From Segetibacter sp. (GTDB lineage: Bacteria; Bacteroidota; Bacteroidia; Chitinophagales; Chitinophagaceae): a stretch of 64,000 bases of DNA. Positions 9,873 through 19,139 of this stretch are shown piece by piece. The translations under genes and the position numbers were made by a program. Below the pieces are notes generated by a model. The model was given only the letters and a program-made list of their open reading frames with translations. It did not search any database and had not been told where the DNA came from. The stretch spans positions 409-64,408 of the forward strand of contig JAYTDC010000068.1 in NCBI GenBank assembly GCA_043736115.1. The letters are read 5' to 3'. Each line of letters begins with the position of its first letter. The first letter of the stretch is position 1.

Positions 9873-10050
9873 CAATTATGTTAATGCAGATCTTTGCCTT
9901 TTTCGTTCGCTAATATTTTCTGCTGTTGGCAAGTAAGGCACCTACGACTTTGTGTGTAGTAATTTATTGCAGATAATACCTAACGCCACTACACAAAAAA
10001 GTAGACTGAACCCAAAAGGTTAGATAAATTTAAAATTAATTTTGATCATG

Positions 10051-10084
10051 ATGAGCTCGATAATGTATCGGGCTCATTTCTTTT
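10051..10084 (+). terminator. Hairpin / probable terminator
   Basis: atgagctcgata-atg-tatcgggctcat followed by ttctttt. Confidence 0.55.
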
Positions 10085-10163
10085 AGATTCAGTTTAATTT
10101 TTGATCATTTATGTAATTATTATAGGTAAACCTGTACTTACAAGAAAGAATTAATTAGTAAAG

Positions 10164-10199
10164 AAAAGCAGTTCAACCATCATAATTGAACTGCTTTTT
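10164..10199 (-). terminator. Bidirectional intrinsic terminator downstream of the FKBP gene
   Basis: aaaagcagttcaa-loop-ttgaactgctttt. Confidence 0.8.
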
Positions 10200-10262
10200 C
10201 TCTATTAATATCAGATGATACCTAAATTAAACTGTAATTAAACTGTACTATCTTTTACACTA

Positions 10263-11234
10263 CTAATGGTTCGGTTGCTGATTAGGATCTTGCTGAGGAT
10301 TACCGCCCTGATCCTGCGGATTACCACCCTGACCATTTCGCATACCCATAGGCATTTTAGGTTGTGCAGGTGCTTCTTCAATTTTAAGCACTTCAACTTC
10401 AAACTTCAACGCTGCATAACGAGGAATGGAAGGCGGCATACCCTGTGGGCCATAACCCATCATAGCAGGTATATAGAGATTAGCCTTGCCACCCAATCCT
10501 AATTTCAAAATTCCTTCTTCCCATCCTCTGATAGTTTGACCTGCACCAACTACAAACGGGAATGGTTGAGTATGGTGAAATGAAGTATCGGTGTTACTGT
10601 CAAATTTTTTACCATTTTCAATTAATGACCCGGTATAATTAACCGTAACCTGTTTGCCGTTTTGTACCTTTTCAGCAGCACCCGGATTTATCACTTCAAC
10701 AAAAACACCATTTTCAGTTTTTTCTGCCTTGATACCTTTTTTGTTCAAATCTTTTTCCAGTTCAGCGGTCTCTCTTGCTTTTTCCTTGTCCATTTCCTGC
10801 TGTTGGTCTTTCATAACATCTTCGCGGTTTGAAAATGCTTTAACAATCCGCAAACCTGTTACTAACTGATCACCTCTTTTAAAGATACCTTTATAATCAG
10901 TTGTACCTCTTTTAACCATTGTATCTACCTGCGCTATAGTTATTAAGCTATCTCCTACTGAACAATTTCTAAGTACTTCATTAAAGTCATGAGAAAGCTT
11001 GCTACTTGTATCTACCGGAATATATTCAGGCATATTAGTAGTTGAAAACAAAATGGTGTCTTTTGGAGCAATCGTAATTGTCCCATTAATTTTCACAATG
11101 TCACCTGCCTTAAGCTTGGCCCCACCCTTTCCTTTGATAATTTTGTACGCTAACCCTGATTTGGTTTTTTCGTAATCAGCACTGCATGAAGCCAACAATA
11201 TTGCTACACCTGCGGCTGCAAAAATTCTTTTCAT
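10263..11234 (-). CDS. FKBP-type peptidyl-prolyl isomerase (lipoprotein)
   Basis: Lipobox LASC; VNYTGSL...FDSN; F.VG.GQTIRGWEEG; IPAMMGYG; IP....L.FEVEV. Confidence 0.93.
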   Translation of the reverse strand: MKRIFAAAGVAILLASCSADYEKTKSGLAYKIIKGKGGAKLKAGDIVKINGTITIAPKDTILFSTTNMPEYIPVDTSSKLSHDFNEVLRNCSVGDSLITIAQVDTMVKRGTTDYKGIFKRGDQLVTGLRIVKAFSNREDVMKDQQQEMDKEKARETAELEKDLNKKGIKAEKTENGVFVEVINPGAAEKVQNGKQVTVNYTGSLIENGKKFDSNTDTSFHHTQPFPFVVGAGQTIRGWEEGILKLGLGGKANLYIPAMMGYGPQGMPPSIPRYAALKFEVEVLKIEEAPAQPKMPMGMRNGQGGNPQDQGGNPQQDPNQQPNH

Positions 11235-11303
11235 TTTTATTGTTTTTTAGTTTTGAGGTTTATCTTCAACTGTTTTTTCAACCGTTGGTTTTTGCCTCTT
11301 ATA

Positions 11304-12311
11304 TTACTGTAATTGTTTCTGATATTCTTTTATCACCTGTTTAAATTTCCAAACCGTCTGATCAAGTGAATCGCTGCTGCGGCCACCGGCAGCATTAAAA
11401 TGCCCACCACCTTCAAAATGGGTACGGGCAAATGTATTCACATCAAAATCACCTTTGCTCCTGAAACTCCATTTGCGCTCTTCATCTCTGTCTATGACCA
11501 ATGCACCCATTCTAATTCCTTGTATAGTCAACAGGTAGTTTACCAATCCTTCAGAGTCACCTGTTTTAATGTGAAAACGCAACAGATCATTTTTAGGAAT
11601 GAACATCAATGCAGTGTTATATTCATAAAACACTTCCATTCTGTTGAGCAAGGCATGGCCTATAAACCTTAGCCTGTTCTCCAGTGAATTATCATAAATA
11701 TTTTCATGCACCAACGTATGACTAAATCCGGTTTCTTTTAGCTGCGCCACCATCAGGTGAACACTGCCGGTTGTACCGGGAAATCTGAAAGATCCCGTAT
11801 CGGTCATGACACCTGTATAAAGGCTTTGGGCTATTTCAGTATTTATTTTATCCTCATGCCCGCTATCAACAATAAAATCAAAGACCATTTCACTTGTGCT
11901 GCTTTTGGCTGTACTGCTAATACCGTAAGTAAAATAATCTACCTGTGGTTGTTCGTGGTGGTCTATTAATACTTTAATGCAGCTTAGCCCCTCTAGTACA
12001 GGCTCCATATTTTTAGTACGGTGCAGTACATTAAAATCAAGACAAAACAATACGTCTGCTTCTTGTAGAAATTTAGTGGCAACTTCTTTAGAAAGCTCAA
12101 AATCAACCACCATATTTGCCCCCGGCATCCATTTTAAAAATGAAGCCCAATTGGTTGGTGAAATGACCGTAACCGAATGACCTAGTTGTATTAAAAAATG
12201 ATAGAGCCCTAAAGATGAACCCATAGCATCACCATCGGGTTTTTGGTGAGTGGTTATGACCACTTTTTTAGGCGTATCAAGATGTGGGTAAAATTGCTGT
12301 ATTGCTTGCAT
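11304..12311 (-). CDS. DHH family phosphoesterase (NrnA-like)
   Basis: HQKPDGDA, LIDHH, TDTGSF, GGGHFNAAG motifs. Confidence 0.93.
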   Translation of the reverse strand: MQAIQQFYPHLDTPKKVVITTHQKPDGDAMGSSLGLYHFLIQLGHSVTVISPTNWASFLKWMPGANMVVDFELSKEVATKFLQEADVLFCLDFNVLHRTKNMEPVLEGLSCIKVLIDHHEQPQVDYFTYGISSTAKSSTSEMVFDFIVDSGHEDKINTEIAQSLYTGVMTDTGSFRFPGTTGSVHLMVAQLKETGFSHTLVHENIYDNSLENRLRFIGHALLNRMEVFYEYNTALMFIPKNDLLRFHIKTGDSEGLVNYLLTIQGIRMGALVIDRDEERKWSFRSKGDFDVNTFARTHFEGGGHFNAAGGRSSDSLDQTVWKFKQVIKEYQKQLQ

Positions 12312-12440
12312 AGAAAGGCGGCAAAATTGTACTATTTGCCTTACAACATCAAAACATTTTTGTTATACTTTTTAAAATGAGCCTTAATTTTTAGGCTTTT
12401 ACGTGATTTACCTGCACTTTTGCGGCCAAATAATGTAAAA

Positions 12441-12857
12441 ATGACAAACAGAACTTTTACCATGATTAAGCCCGATGCCACAGGAAAAGGGTACACCGGA
12501 GCTATATTAGACCAAATTATTAAAGCCGGATTTTCCATAAAAGCAATGAAATGGACAAGGCTTAGCAAAGAAAAAGCAGGTGAATTTTACGCAGTTCATA
12601 AGGAAAGACCTTTTTACGGTGAATTAGTTGAGTTTATGAGTAGTGGAAATATTGTTGCTGCCATTCTGGAAAAAGAAAATGCAGTAGCAGAATTTCGTAC
12701 ACTAATTGGTGCTACCAACCCTGCACAGGCCGACGAAGGAACAATCCGTAAAAACTTTGCAGCTTCAATTGGCGAAAATGCAGTACATGGCAGCGATAGC
12801 GACGAAAATGCTGAAATAGAAGGTAATTTCTTCTTTAGCGCTTTGGAGAAATTTTAA
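12441..12857 (+). CDS. ndk: Nucleoside-diphosphate kinase
   Basis: [30 protein letters not shown]; ATG at 12441 preferred over the upstream 12420 start. Confidence 0.97.
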   Translation: MTNRTFTMIKPDATGKGYTGAILDQIIKAGFSIKAMKWTRLSKEKAGEFYAVHKERPFYGELVEFMSSGNIVAAILEKENAVAEFRTLIGATNPAQADEGTIRKNFAASIGENAVHGSDSDENAEIEGNFFFSALEKF

Positions 12858-12930
12858 TAAAAATTGCTTTCTAATGAACATCATAGTACCATAAGAAACA
12901 CAGCTTTCGAGAAATAATAATTGCTGGAAA

Positions 12931-13168
12931 AATAAAAAATGCCTTGATCTAAGGCATTTTTTATGGAATCAAACACTGCTTTGAGAAAATTTATCGTATT
13001 TACGCTGTTTACTAACTGTTCAATATTGGGATAGTGAGAACTATGATTTTTAAAAGAAAGATTATCAGATCTTAAATAATTAAACAAGTGTTGAAAATCC
13101 AAATAACTTCAATAAAAAATGCCCTAAACAAGGGCATTTTTTATTGAATCAAACACTGCTATGAGAAA
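12931..13168. repeat. Two ~58-nt direct repeats (12931-12988, 13111-13168), 180 nt apart, each with an A/T-flanked hairpin
   Basis: AATAAAAAATGCC(T/C)T-N5-A(A/G)GGCATTTTTTAT(G/T)GAATCAAACACTGCT(T/A)TGAGAAA in both copies. Confidence 0.9.
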
Positions 13169-13360
13169 TATTACATTCAATTAAACGGTTAAAATTTTAC
13201 AATATTGCATAAAGCTAAAGTTCGGCCTAATATTTTATATATACCAATAATTTTCTTTCAGGATTTAGAGTACTCATAATTAAACCAATAAATCTGCGTT
13301 TATTATTTCATGAGTGCAAATGAAATAATCAACCCTTTATTTATCAAATCCATAATCGCC

Positions 13361-13471
13361 ATGAACTTTTCAAACTTGAGTATTCTTGATATTACCAGCC
13401 TTATTGTTGTGATTGCATTAGCAATTTTGCTTTTTATGTTGAACAAAAGAAAAGGTGTACAAATTGATTAA
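13361..13471 (+). CDS. Small single-pass membrane protein, 36 aa (not in the supplied ORF track)
   Basis: Translated by hand: MNFSNLSILDITSLIVVIALAILLFMLNKRKGVQID*; hydrophobic helix followed by KRK. Confidence 0.5.
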   Translation: MNFSNLSILDITSLIVVIALAILLFMLNKRKGVQID

Positions 13472-13551
13472 TTTATCAGTACACATGCTTTTACTAAACA
13501 AGGCATTTAATTTCATCTTTAAATTGTAAAAACAGGTTTCAGCCTTATTTA

Positions 13552-14880
13552 TCAGGCTGAAAGCAACTTCATCAAAATTTTTAACCGCTTTACTGCATAT
13601 TTTATTAAAGACAATTCAGTTGTATTGTTATGTTGCGGGGCAATGTTATGTTGCAGGGCAATGTTATGTTGCAGGGCAATGTTATGTTGATTGTACCAAA
13701 CAGCAGCAGCATCTTCATCGGTGAAGATAACACTACTCTCAACTTCATTTTCATTATCAATAATAGTGTGAATTGGATTGTTATTTTTAATTGATATTTC
13801 ACATAGCCTTTCTTTTATTTTTTCCAAATCAGAGGAATAATGAGGATAGTCTTTTTGTAATTCTGTTATTATCGTAAGCACAAAATATTTGTTGCTAACC
13901 ATAATTTGTTCATTACTATGAAAGATTTTTATGAACTTTTCTACAAATTGTATAATTGGATCCTTTGCATACTCTGCTACAAAATGATCCTCTGTTTGTC
14001 CATCATTATTTAGGCTGATAAAAGAAAATTGAAATGGAATATGCCTGTACGGCCAATGACCATCATATTCAGGAATCGCTACTCTGTAAGTACCTATGTG
14101 TAAAAATTTTATCGGTCTTGTTGTAAAAATAATTTTACCATTATCAACTTCAGGTTTTGGATTATTTGGAAGGTTGATTTGAAACATAGGATCTTCATGA
14201 TGACAAAAACCATAATAATCACAAGTATAGGGAATGTTACATTGCGAGCCGATTTCAATGTTTGGCATTTGCTTTTGCATAGCTAGCAACTTAAGTTCAG
14301 CAGTTCTTGTTGCAATGAATGGTTGCATTACAATAACCTGTTCTTTAACCGAATGCTTGATAAACAATTGCTTTAACTGCAAATCACCTGAACGTACATA
14401 CCCTGTATTTATGTGTACAAGAAAAATATCTTCTAACTCCAAACCTGCATTTGTTATAACAAAGTATTGTAGTGCTGCATCCTGTATGAACTGTTCTTTT
14501 AGGCCTGTACTACTCTTTACCTCATAAGCATACCATTTACCTCTGTGCTTCAGCAAAATATCAACGGCACACAAAACCCCTTCGTATTGAAAGGCCGCTT
14601 CAAAAATTATTGTATGCCCTTCGGCTATAAGCCTGGCTGTATCTCTAACGGATTCGCGGTAGTGAAATACATCTGTGGGGCTAGCATCTGCCCCGCTACC
14701 AAAGAGTTTGCGTGCAAGCAATCCAACATCAGTTCCCTGCATAAGTATGCGCTGCTGCTGGGCAGTCGGTTCATCTCTAAGTTTATAATGATTTTTGTAA
14801 AGCCACAAAGACTTGACACACTGACAACCCCTTACAAATGTGGATTTGGAAAGAATATGGCGCGGAGGCAGTGCTGACAA
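13552..14880 (-). CDS. DUF2779-family protein (PD-(D/E)XK nuclease-like N-terminus, atypical C-terminus)
   Basis: LSKSTF.RG.QC.KSLWL; VDIL......W.AYEVKSST; C..PY.C.YY.FC; P.Y.G.WPY..IPFQFS; TTG start. Confidence 0.8.
   Translation of the reverse strand: MSALPPRHILSKSTFVRGCQCVKSLWLYKNHYKLRDEPTAQQQRILMQGTDVGLLARKLFGSGADASPTDVFHYRESVRDTARLIAEGHTIIFEAAFQYEGVLCAVDILLKHRGKWYAYEVKSSTGLKEQFIQDAALQYFVITNAGLELEDIFLVHINTGYVRSGDLQLKQLFIKHSVKEQVIVMQPFIATRTAELKLLAMQKQMPNIEIGSQCNIPYTCDYYGFCHHEDPMFQINLPNNPKPEVDNGKIIFTTRPIKFLHIGTYRVAIPEYDGHWPYRHIPFQFSFISLNNDGQTEDHFVAEYAKDPIIQFVEKFIKIFHSNEQIMVSNKYFVLTIITELQKDYPHYSSDLEKIKERLCEISIKNNNPIHTIIDNENEVESSVIFTDEDAAAVWYNQHNIALQHNIALQHNIAPQHNNTTELSLIKYAVKRLKILMKLLSA
13625..13689. 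repeat. 18-nt tandem repeat (about 3.6 copies) inside the DUF2779 CDS
   Basis: atgttatgttgcagggca units, encoding QHNIAL-QHNIAL-QHNIAP-QHN on the minus strand. Confidence 0.92.
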
Positions 14881-14967
14881 AATAATAAGTTTTGAATTCT
14901 ATTTTTTAGTTGGTTTCTTACAACCAAAAATCAGCAGGCAGTCAAATTACAATCAATAGACCCAATA

Positions 14968-17175
14968 TTATTTTCTGATTTTTAATGTTACAGTTCCAGC
15001 ATTAGAAATCATTGAAGCTATATACAATCCGCTTTGAAAATCAGCCAAACTTATATTCAAATTATTTGATCCCGCTGACAATACTTTTTCAGTAGTTAAT
15101 ACTTTTTTGCCTTCAATTGTATAAAGGAGTACCTGCAATTTGTCATTTACCGGATTAATATTTTTTATGGCCAACATAGTATTATTGACATTATAAAAGG
15201 CAGACAATTGCTTACCGTTCAATTTTATTTCTATAACATTACTATAGGTAAAACTTCCATCTATATCAATCATTTTCAAACGATAGAAACCAATGGGCAA
15301 AGGTTCTTTATCCGTAAAAGAATATTTATTCTGCGAAGCATTATTAGCGCTTACATTACCAATAGCTTTAAAATTAACAGCATCAACAGCTCTTTCTATT
15401 TCAAATTTCCTCACATTTATTTCCTGAGCTGTAGACCATTGTAACTGCACTTGCTTGCTTGCAACAGTACCACTAAAAGCTACTAGCTTAAGCGGCAATA
15501 CTGTTCCGGTTTTATTGATAACCCAATTGTTTGGATCTACAACTATGCTATTAGGAGTCAAATGGCTATAAGGTATTTTGAAAGTTTGTGGATTGGTAGT
15601 CTGATTAAGAATAATAATGGTATCGCCGGTGGGTGAGGTTATTTTATATTCCATTAACCCTTTGAACATAGGTGTTACAGAAGGCATAGACACTGTTTGA
15701 TTCACAGTAAGTATCAATGAATCGGCACCCCATTTAAAATAGTTGACATTATGCGTTGGGTAACCTTCACCATATACCCATTGGTTAAAAAAGTCTGTAA
15801 GGTTTTTACCGCTTACCTGTTCGCAAACCGTTTTAAAATCATTGGTAAAAGCAAAGTTGTCTTTATATTGATTTTGATAAGTTTTCAGTATATTAAAGAA
15901 TACGGTATCACTCTGCACTTCGAATCTTAGATTATGCAGTACCGCAGCACCTTTATCATATGACAACCTGCTGCTGAAAATTCGTCCTTCATCATAAGCA
16001 CTAGACAAAGGCAAGTAGCAACTACCACTTGCTTGAGACATTATGTTCTGATGCTTACTATTCATATTAGAAGCAGCGGGGGTAACGTAGAACGAAGGAA
16101 ACAATTCTCTCATAAGATATGCACTGTAGGTGGCAAATCCTTCGTTGAGCCATATATCCTGCCATGTTCCACAGGTAATATTGTCACCAAACCACTGATG
16201 CCCCAATTCATGTGCAATAAGCTCTAAACCAAAACTGCTCATAGTAGACATGGTTTGGTGCTCCATACCACCACCTATGATAGCATGAAGGTGTCCATAC
16301 TTTTCTTTGCTGAATGGATACAGTCCAAATAATTCGCTTAACTTTTCTATAAAAACCGTAGTCCTATCAAGATTTGTCTGAATAGAACTTAAATACCCGG
16401 AGCTGTTGGAAATATAATGCTGAACCAATATAGAATCACCATTCATGGCGGCAGGCTTCGCATAATTTTTATAACCAGTATAATTACCTGCCGCAATACA
16501 AGGCATATAATAACTCATTGGATATCTTGTTGACCATTGATATTGCGTTTTGTTACCTGCAACCGGAACAACAGCCTTTAATAAACCATTACTGCCAGCA
16601 ACATAAGGATTTGGCGTTGTTAACCATATGTCAGCAGAGTCAATTTTATCATTTAATAGCTGCTTGGCAGGAAACCATTCCCGTGCCTGAAAAGATTCAG
16701 AAACGGTAGCTGCAAATGTAAGTCCCGAAGTATTATCTATACCATATGCAAGACCATTAACTATAGTGCCCTTATAAACAAACCGTGCGGTAAATTCCGA
16801 ATTATCGGGTATTGGGTTTGCAAATGGCACATAAATATGATCATTACCTCGGGTATAAGGAGTAATGACATTGTTGATATAAAGAGAATCCAAAGTCATA
16901 TTGCTTTTGAACTCAATGGCAAAGGTATCAATAGACTGGTTTGCGGTCATTTTATAAAAACATGAACCGGAAAGAAAACGGAGGTTAGGGGTAACATTCA
17001 AATCCAATTTGAGAAAATGAATGTTATACTTATCCATAAGGTTACTCTGGAAAAAATTAGCCCCGGTAGTACTTTGGCCCGAAAATCTTGCATCAACAGT
17101 TTGATTAGGGTTTTGAGCAATTACTTGTGTACCCAGGAATAGAGAAACGAGAACGAAGTGTATAAAATTTTTCAT
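14968..17175 (-). CDS. M1 family zinc aminopeptidase with T9SS CTD
   Basis: GGGMEHQ, AHELGHQWFG, WLNEGFATY, YDKGA; C-terminal PLKLVAF Ig domain + CTD. Confidence 0.93.
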   Translation of the reverse strand: MKNFIHFVLVSLFLGTQVIAQNPNQTVDARFSGQSTTGANFFQSNLMDKYNIHFLKLDLNVTPNLRFLSGSCFYKMTANQSIDTFAIEFKSNMTLDSLYINNVITPYTRGNDHIYVPFANPIPDNSEFTARFVYKGTIVNGLAYGIDNTSGLTFAATVSESFQAREWFPAKQLLNDKIDSADIWLTTPNPYVAGSNGLLKAVVPVAGNKTQYQWSTRYPMSYYMPCIAAGNYTGYKNYAKPAAMNGDSILVQHYISNSSGYLSSIQTNLDRTTVFIEKLSELFGLYPFSKEKYGHLHAIIGGGMEHQTMSTMSSFGLELIAHELGHQWFGDNITCGTWQDIWLNEGFATYSAYLMRELFPSFYVTPAASNMNSKHQNIMSQASGSCYLPLSSAYDEGRIFSSRLSYDKGAAVLHNLRFEVQSDTVFFNILKTYQNQYKDNFAFTNDFKTVCEQVSGKNLTDFFNQWVYGEGYPTHNVNYFKWGADSLILTVNQTVSMPSVTPMFKGLMEYKITSPTGDTIIILNQTTNPQTFKIPYSHLTPNSIVVDPNNWVINKTGTVLPLKLVAFSGTVASKQVQLQWSTAQEINVRKFEIERAVDAVNFKAIGNVSANNASQNKYSFTDKEPLPIGFYRLKMIDIDGSFTYSNVIEIKLNGKQLSAFYNVNNTMLAIKNINPVNDKLQVLLYTIEGKKVLTTEKVLSAGSNNLNISLADFQSGLYIASMISNAGTVTLKIRK

Positions 17176-17312
17176 ATTGACAAATGTGGTCGCAAAATAA
17201 CCATTTTAATAAATAAGAATTGCAATGAATTTTTAGAACACTCTACTTTTGTATTTTGTTTAATAAAATCACTGGTTATGAAGTTTTATGTTAACAGACC
17301 CCAGAGAATAAA

Positions 17313-17807
17313 TTATTCACCTGATTGCTTATAACTGCTCATCAGGTCAAATAACTCCCAGTTTTCCTGAATTCTTGCATAATCAAGGGGAGATTTACCC
17401 CGCAAATCTGGTAATGTAAGATCTGCACCATTTTCTAAAAGTAATAAAGCAATATCTGTATGATTAGAACTAACGGAAAAGGTTAATGCACAGGCACCTT
17501 GCAAATTTCGTTGATTAATTGGGGGATCATATTTCAATAACTGTTCTACAATATCAAGGTAGCCTTTAAAACAAACACCCATTAAAGCCGTATTTCCTGC
17601 TGCATCGGCCAAGCTTTGGTTAGCTTTATGATTTAGTAAATACTCAACAATCAAAGGATGATTGTTATAACCCGATAATATTAACGGAGTAAATCCCTTT
17701 TCGTCCTGCATATTAATGCAATCGGGATTATTTGAAACAAGTTCTTGCAAACTTTGCAAGTCACCATTTCGGCATATTTCAAATATTTTATTTTGAGGTA
17801 AAGGCAT
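17313..17807 (-). CDS. Ankyrin repeat protein
   Basis: GFTPLIL..Y, GNTALM..C, G.CAL.F, GKSPLDYA repeats. Confidence 0.9.
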   Translation of the reverse strand: MPLPQNKIFEICRNGDLQSLQELVSNNPDCINMQDEKGFTPLILSGYNNHPLIVEYLLNHKANQSLADAAGNTALMGVCFKGYLDIVEQLLKYDPPINQRNLQGACALTFSVSSNHTDIALLLLENGADLTLPDLRGKSPLDYARIQENWELFDLMSSYKQSGE

Positions 17808-17939
17808 AAAGTATTTAACCCTACAAATATAATTGAACTTATAAAATTACCGAGCCATTAAATTGTATTGAAAAAGGAGTAAAGCAGTTAAGCATAATTT
17901 GTCATTTATTTGCATTTCATAATTATCTGGTATTTAGGT

Positions 17940-19139
17940 GTGCTAAAAAAAATAAACATACTACTGTTTTCGAATATTAGAATTGGAAAATTAATTTTCA
18001 TTCCGGTTCCTGTACTGATATGGTTTTTGTTGCCACTAATAGCTGTATTTGCAGAGTTGTTTCATGATAAAATCAACAATTATTTAATATACAAGTCTGT
18101 TTTTGACCACACACTTCAGCAGAATAATTTATATCTTTTTTACCCCGAAGAGTTTAATGACTGTAACCACTATGGCCCATTTTTCAGCCTGATAATTGCC
18201 CCTTTTGCCCTATTACCAAATAGTTCAGGAGTAGTATTATGGGTAATTGCAAATACATGGTTTTTGTATTATGCTTTAAAGCAATTGCCCATTTCTTCAA
18301 AAGCTTTTTACATTATTTTGGTAATCTGTGCTATTGAGTTAATGACCTCAATACATAATGTGCAGTTTAACCCCATGATGACCGCATGGATGATACTCTC
18401 TTTTACAATGGTTAGAAAAGGAAAAGACTTTTGGGCAACATTATTTATTGTTGCAGGTTTTATGACAAAAATCTATGGTATTGTTGGATTGCTTTTTTTC
18501 CTGTTTTCTGATAACAAATTAAAATTCGTTGCTTCATTCATATTCTGGTCAGTAGTATTATTTTGTTTACCAATGCTAATCTCCTCTCCTGCCTTCATTG
18601 TGCAATCATACATAGACTGGAAAGATTCGCTTGTGCTTAAAGATACACAAAACAGTATTCTGGGAAATATGCAAGACATCTCTATTCAAGGTATGATAAG
18701 GAGAATATTTAACTATCGTGAATTTCCAAATCTGGGTGTTATGATTCCCGGCGCTATATTATTGGGCTTGCCTTTACTCAATTATAAAATGTACAGGAAT
18801 GTAGTTTTTCAATTGTACTATCTGGCACTGCTAATGATAACCGTTGTTATTTTCAGTTCGTCGGCAGAGTCGCCTACATATATTATTGCACTTTGTGGAG
18901 TAGCTATTTGGTATGTATTGAATATGCACCTGAACCGTATTTCTGATAAACTTTTGCTGGCATTTGTTATACTGCTCACCTGCCTTTCCCCTACTGATCT
19001 TTTTCCAAGGTACATCAGGCAAAATTTTGTTGTAACTTATGCACTCAAAGCCCTGCCCTGCATTATTGTATGGCTTGTACTTATTGGAAAAGTTTCTTTT
19101 GCTGCAAATGAAAAATTAAAATCGCCGGAGGTAATATGA
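17940..19139 (+). CDS. GT87 / DUF2029 family polytopic glycosyltransferase
   Basis: NNYLIYK, DCNHYGPFFSLIIAPF, QFNP, TKIYGIVG, AESPTYIIA; many TM segments; GTG at 17940 preferred (ORF open from 17910). Confidence 0.85.
   Translation: MLKKINILLFSNIRIGKLIFIPVPVLIWFLLPLIAVFAELFHDKINNYLIYKSVFDHTLQQNNLYLFYPEEFNDCNHYGPFFSLIIAPFALLPNSSGVVLWVIANTWFLYYALKQLPISSKAFYIILVICAIELMTSIHNVQFNPMMTAWMILSFTMVRKGKDFWATLFIVAGFMTKIYGIVGLLFFLFSDNKLKFVASFIFWSVVLFCLPMLISSPAFIVQSYIDWKDSLVLKDTQNSILGNMQDISIQGMIRRIFNYREFPNLGVMIPGAILLGLPLLNYKMYRNVVFQLYYLALLMITVVIFSSSAESPTYIIALCGVAIWYVLNMHLNRISDKLLLAFVILLTCLSPTDLFPRYIRQNFVVTYALKALPCIIVWLVLIGKVSFAANEKLKSPEVI

Noticed and set aside
12881-13102. 73-aa minus-strand ORF across the repeat region
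   Set aside because: TTG start, runs through a terminator-like hairpin, no recognisable motif; the equivalent frame in the second repeat is interrupted by stops.
12931-13168. CRISPR array interpretation of the repeats near the Cas4-like DUF2779 gene
   Set aside because: Only two full repeats of about 58 nt with a 122-nt gap, terminator-like structure, and no cas1/cas2 or effector genes.
17945-17952. A8 tract at the start of the GT87 gene as a phase-variation switch
   Set aside because: A/T runs of this length are common throughout this AT-rich window.
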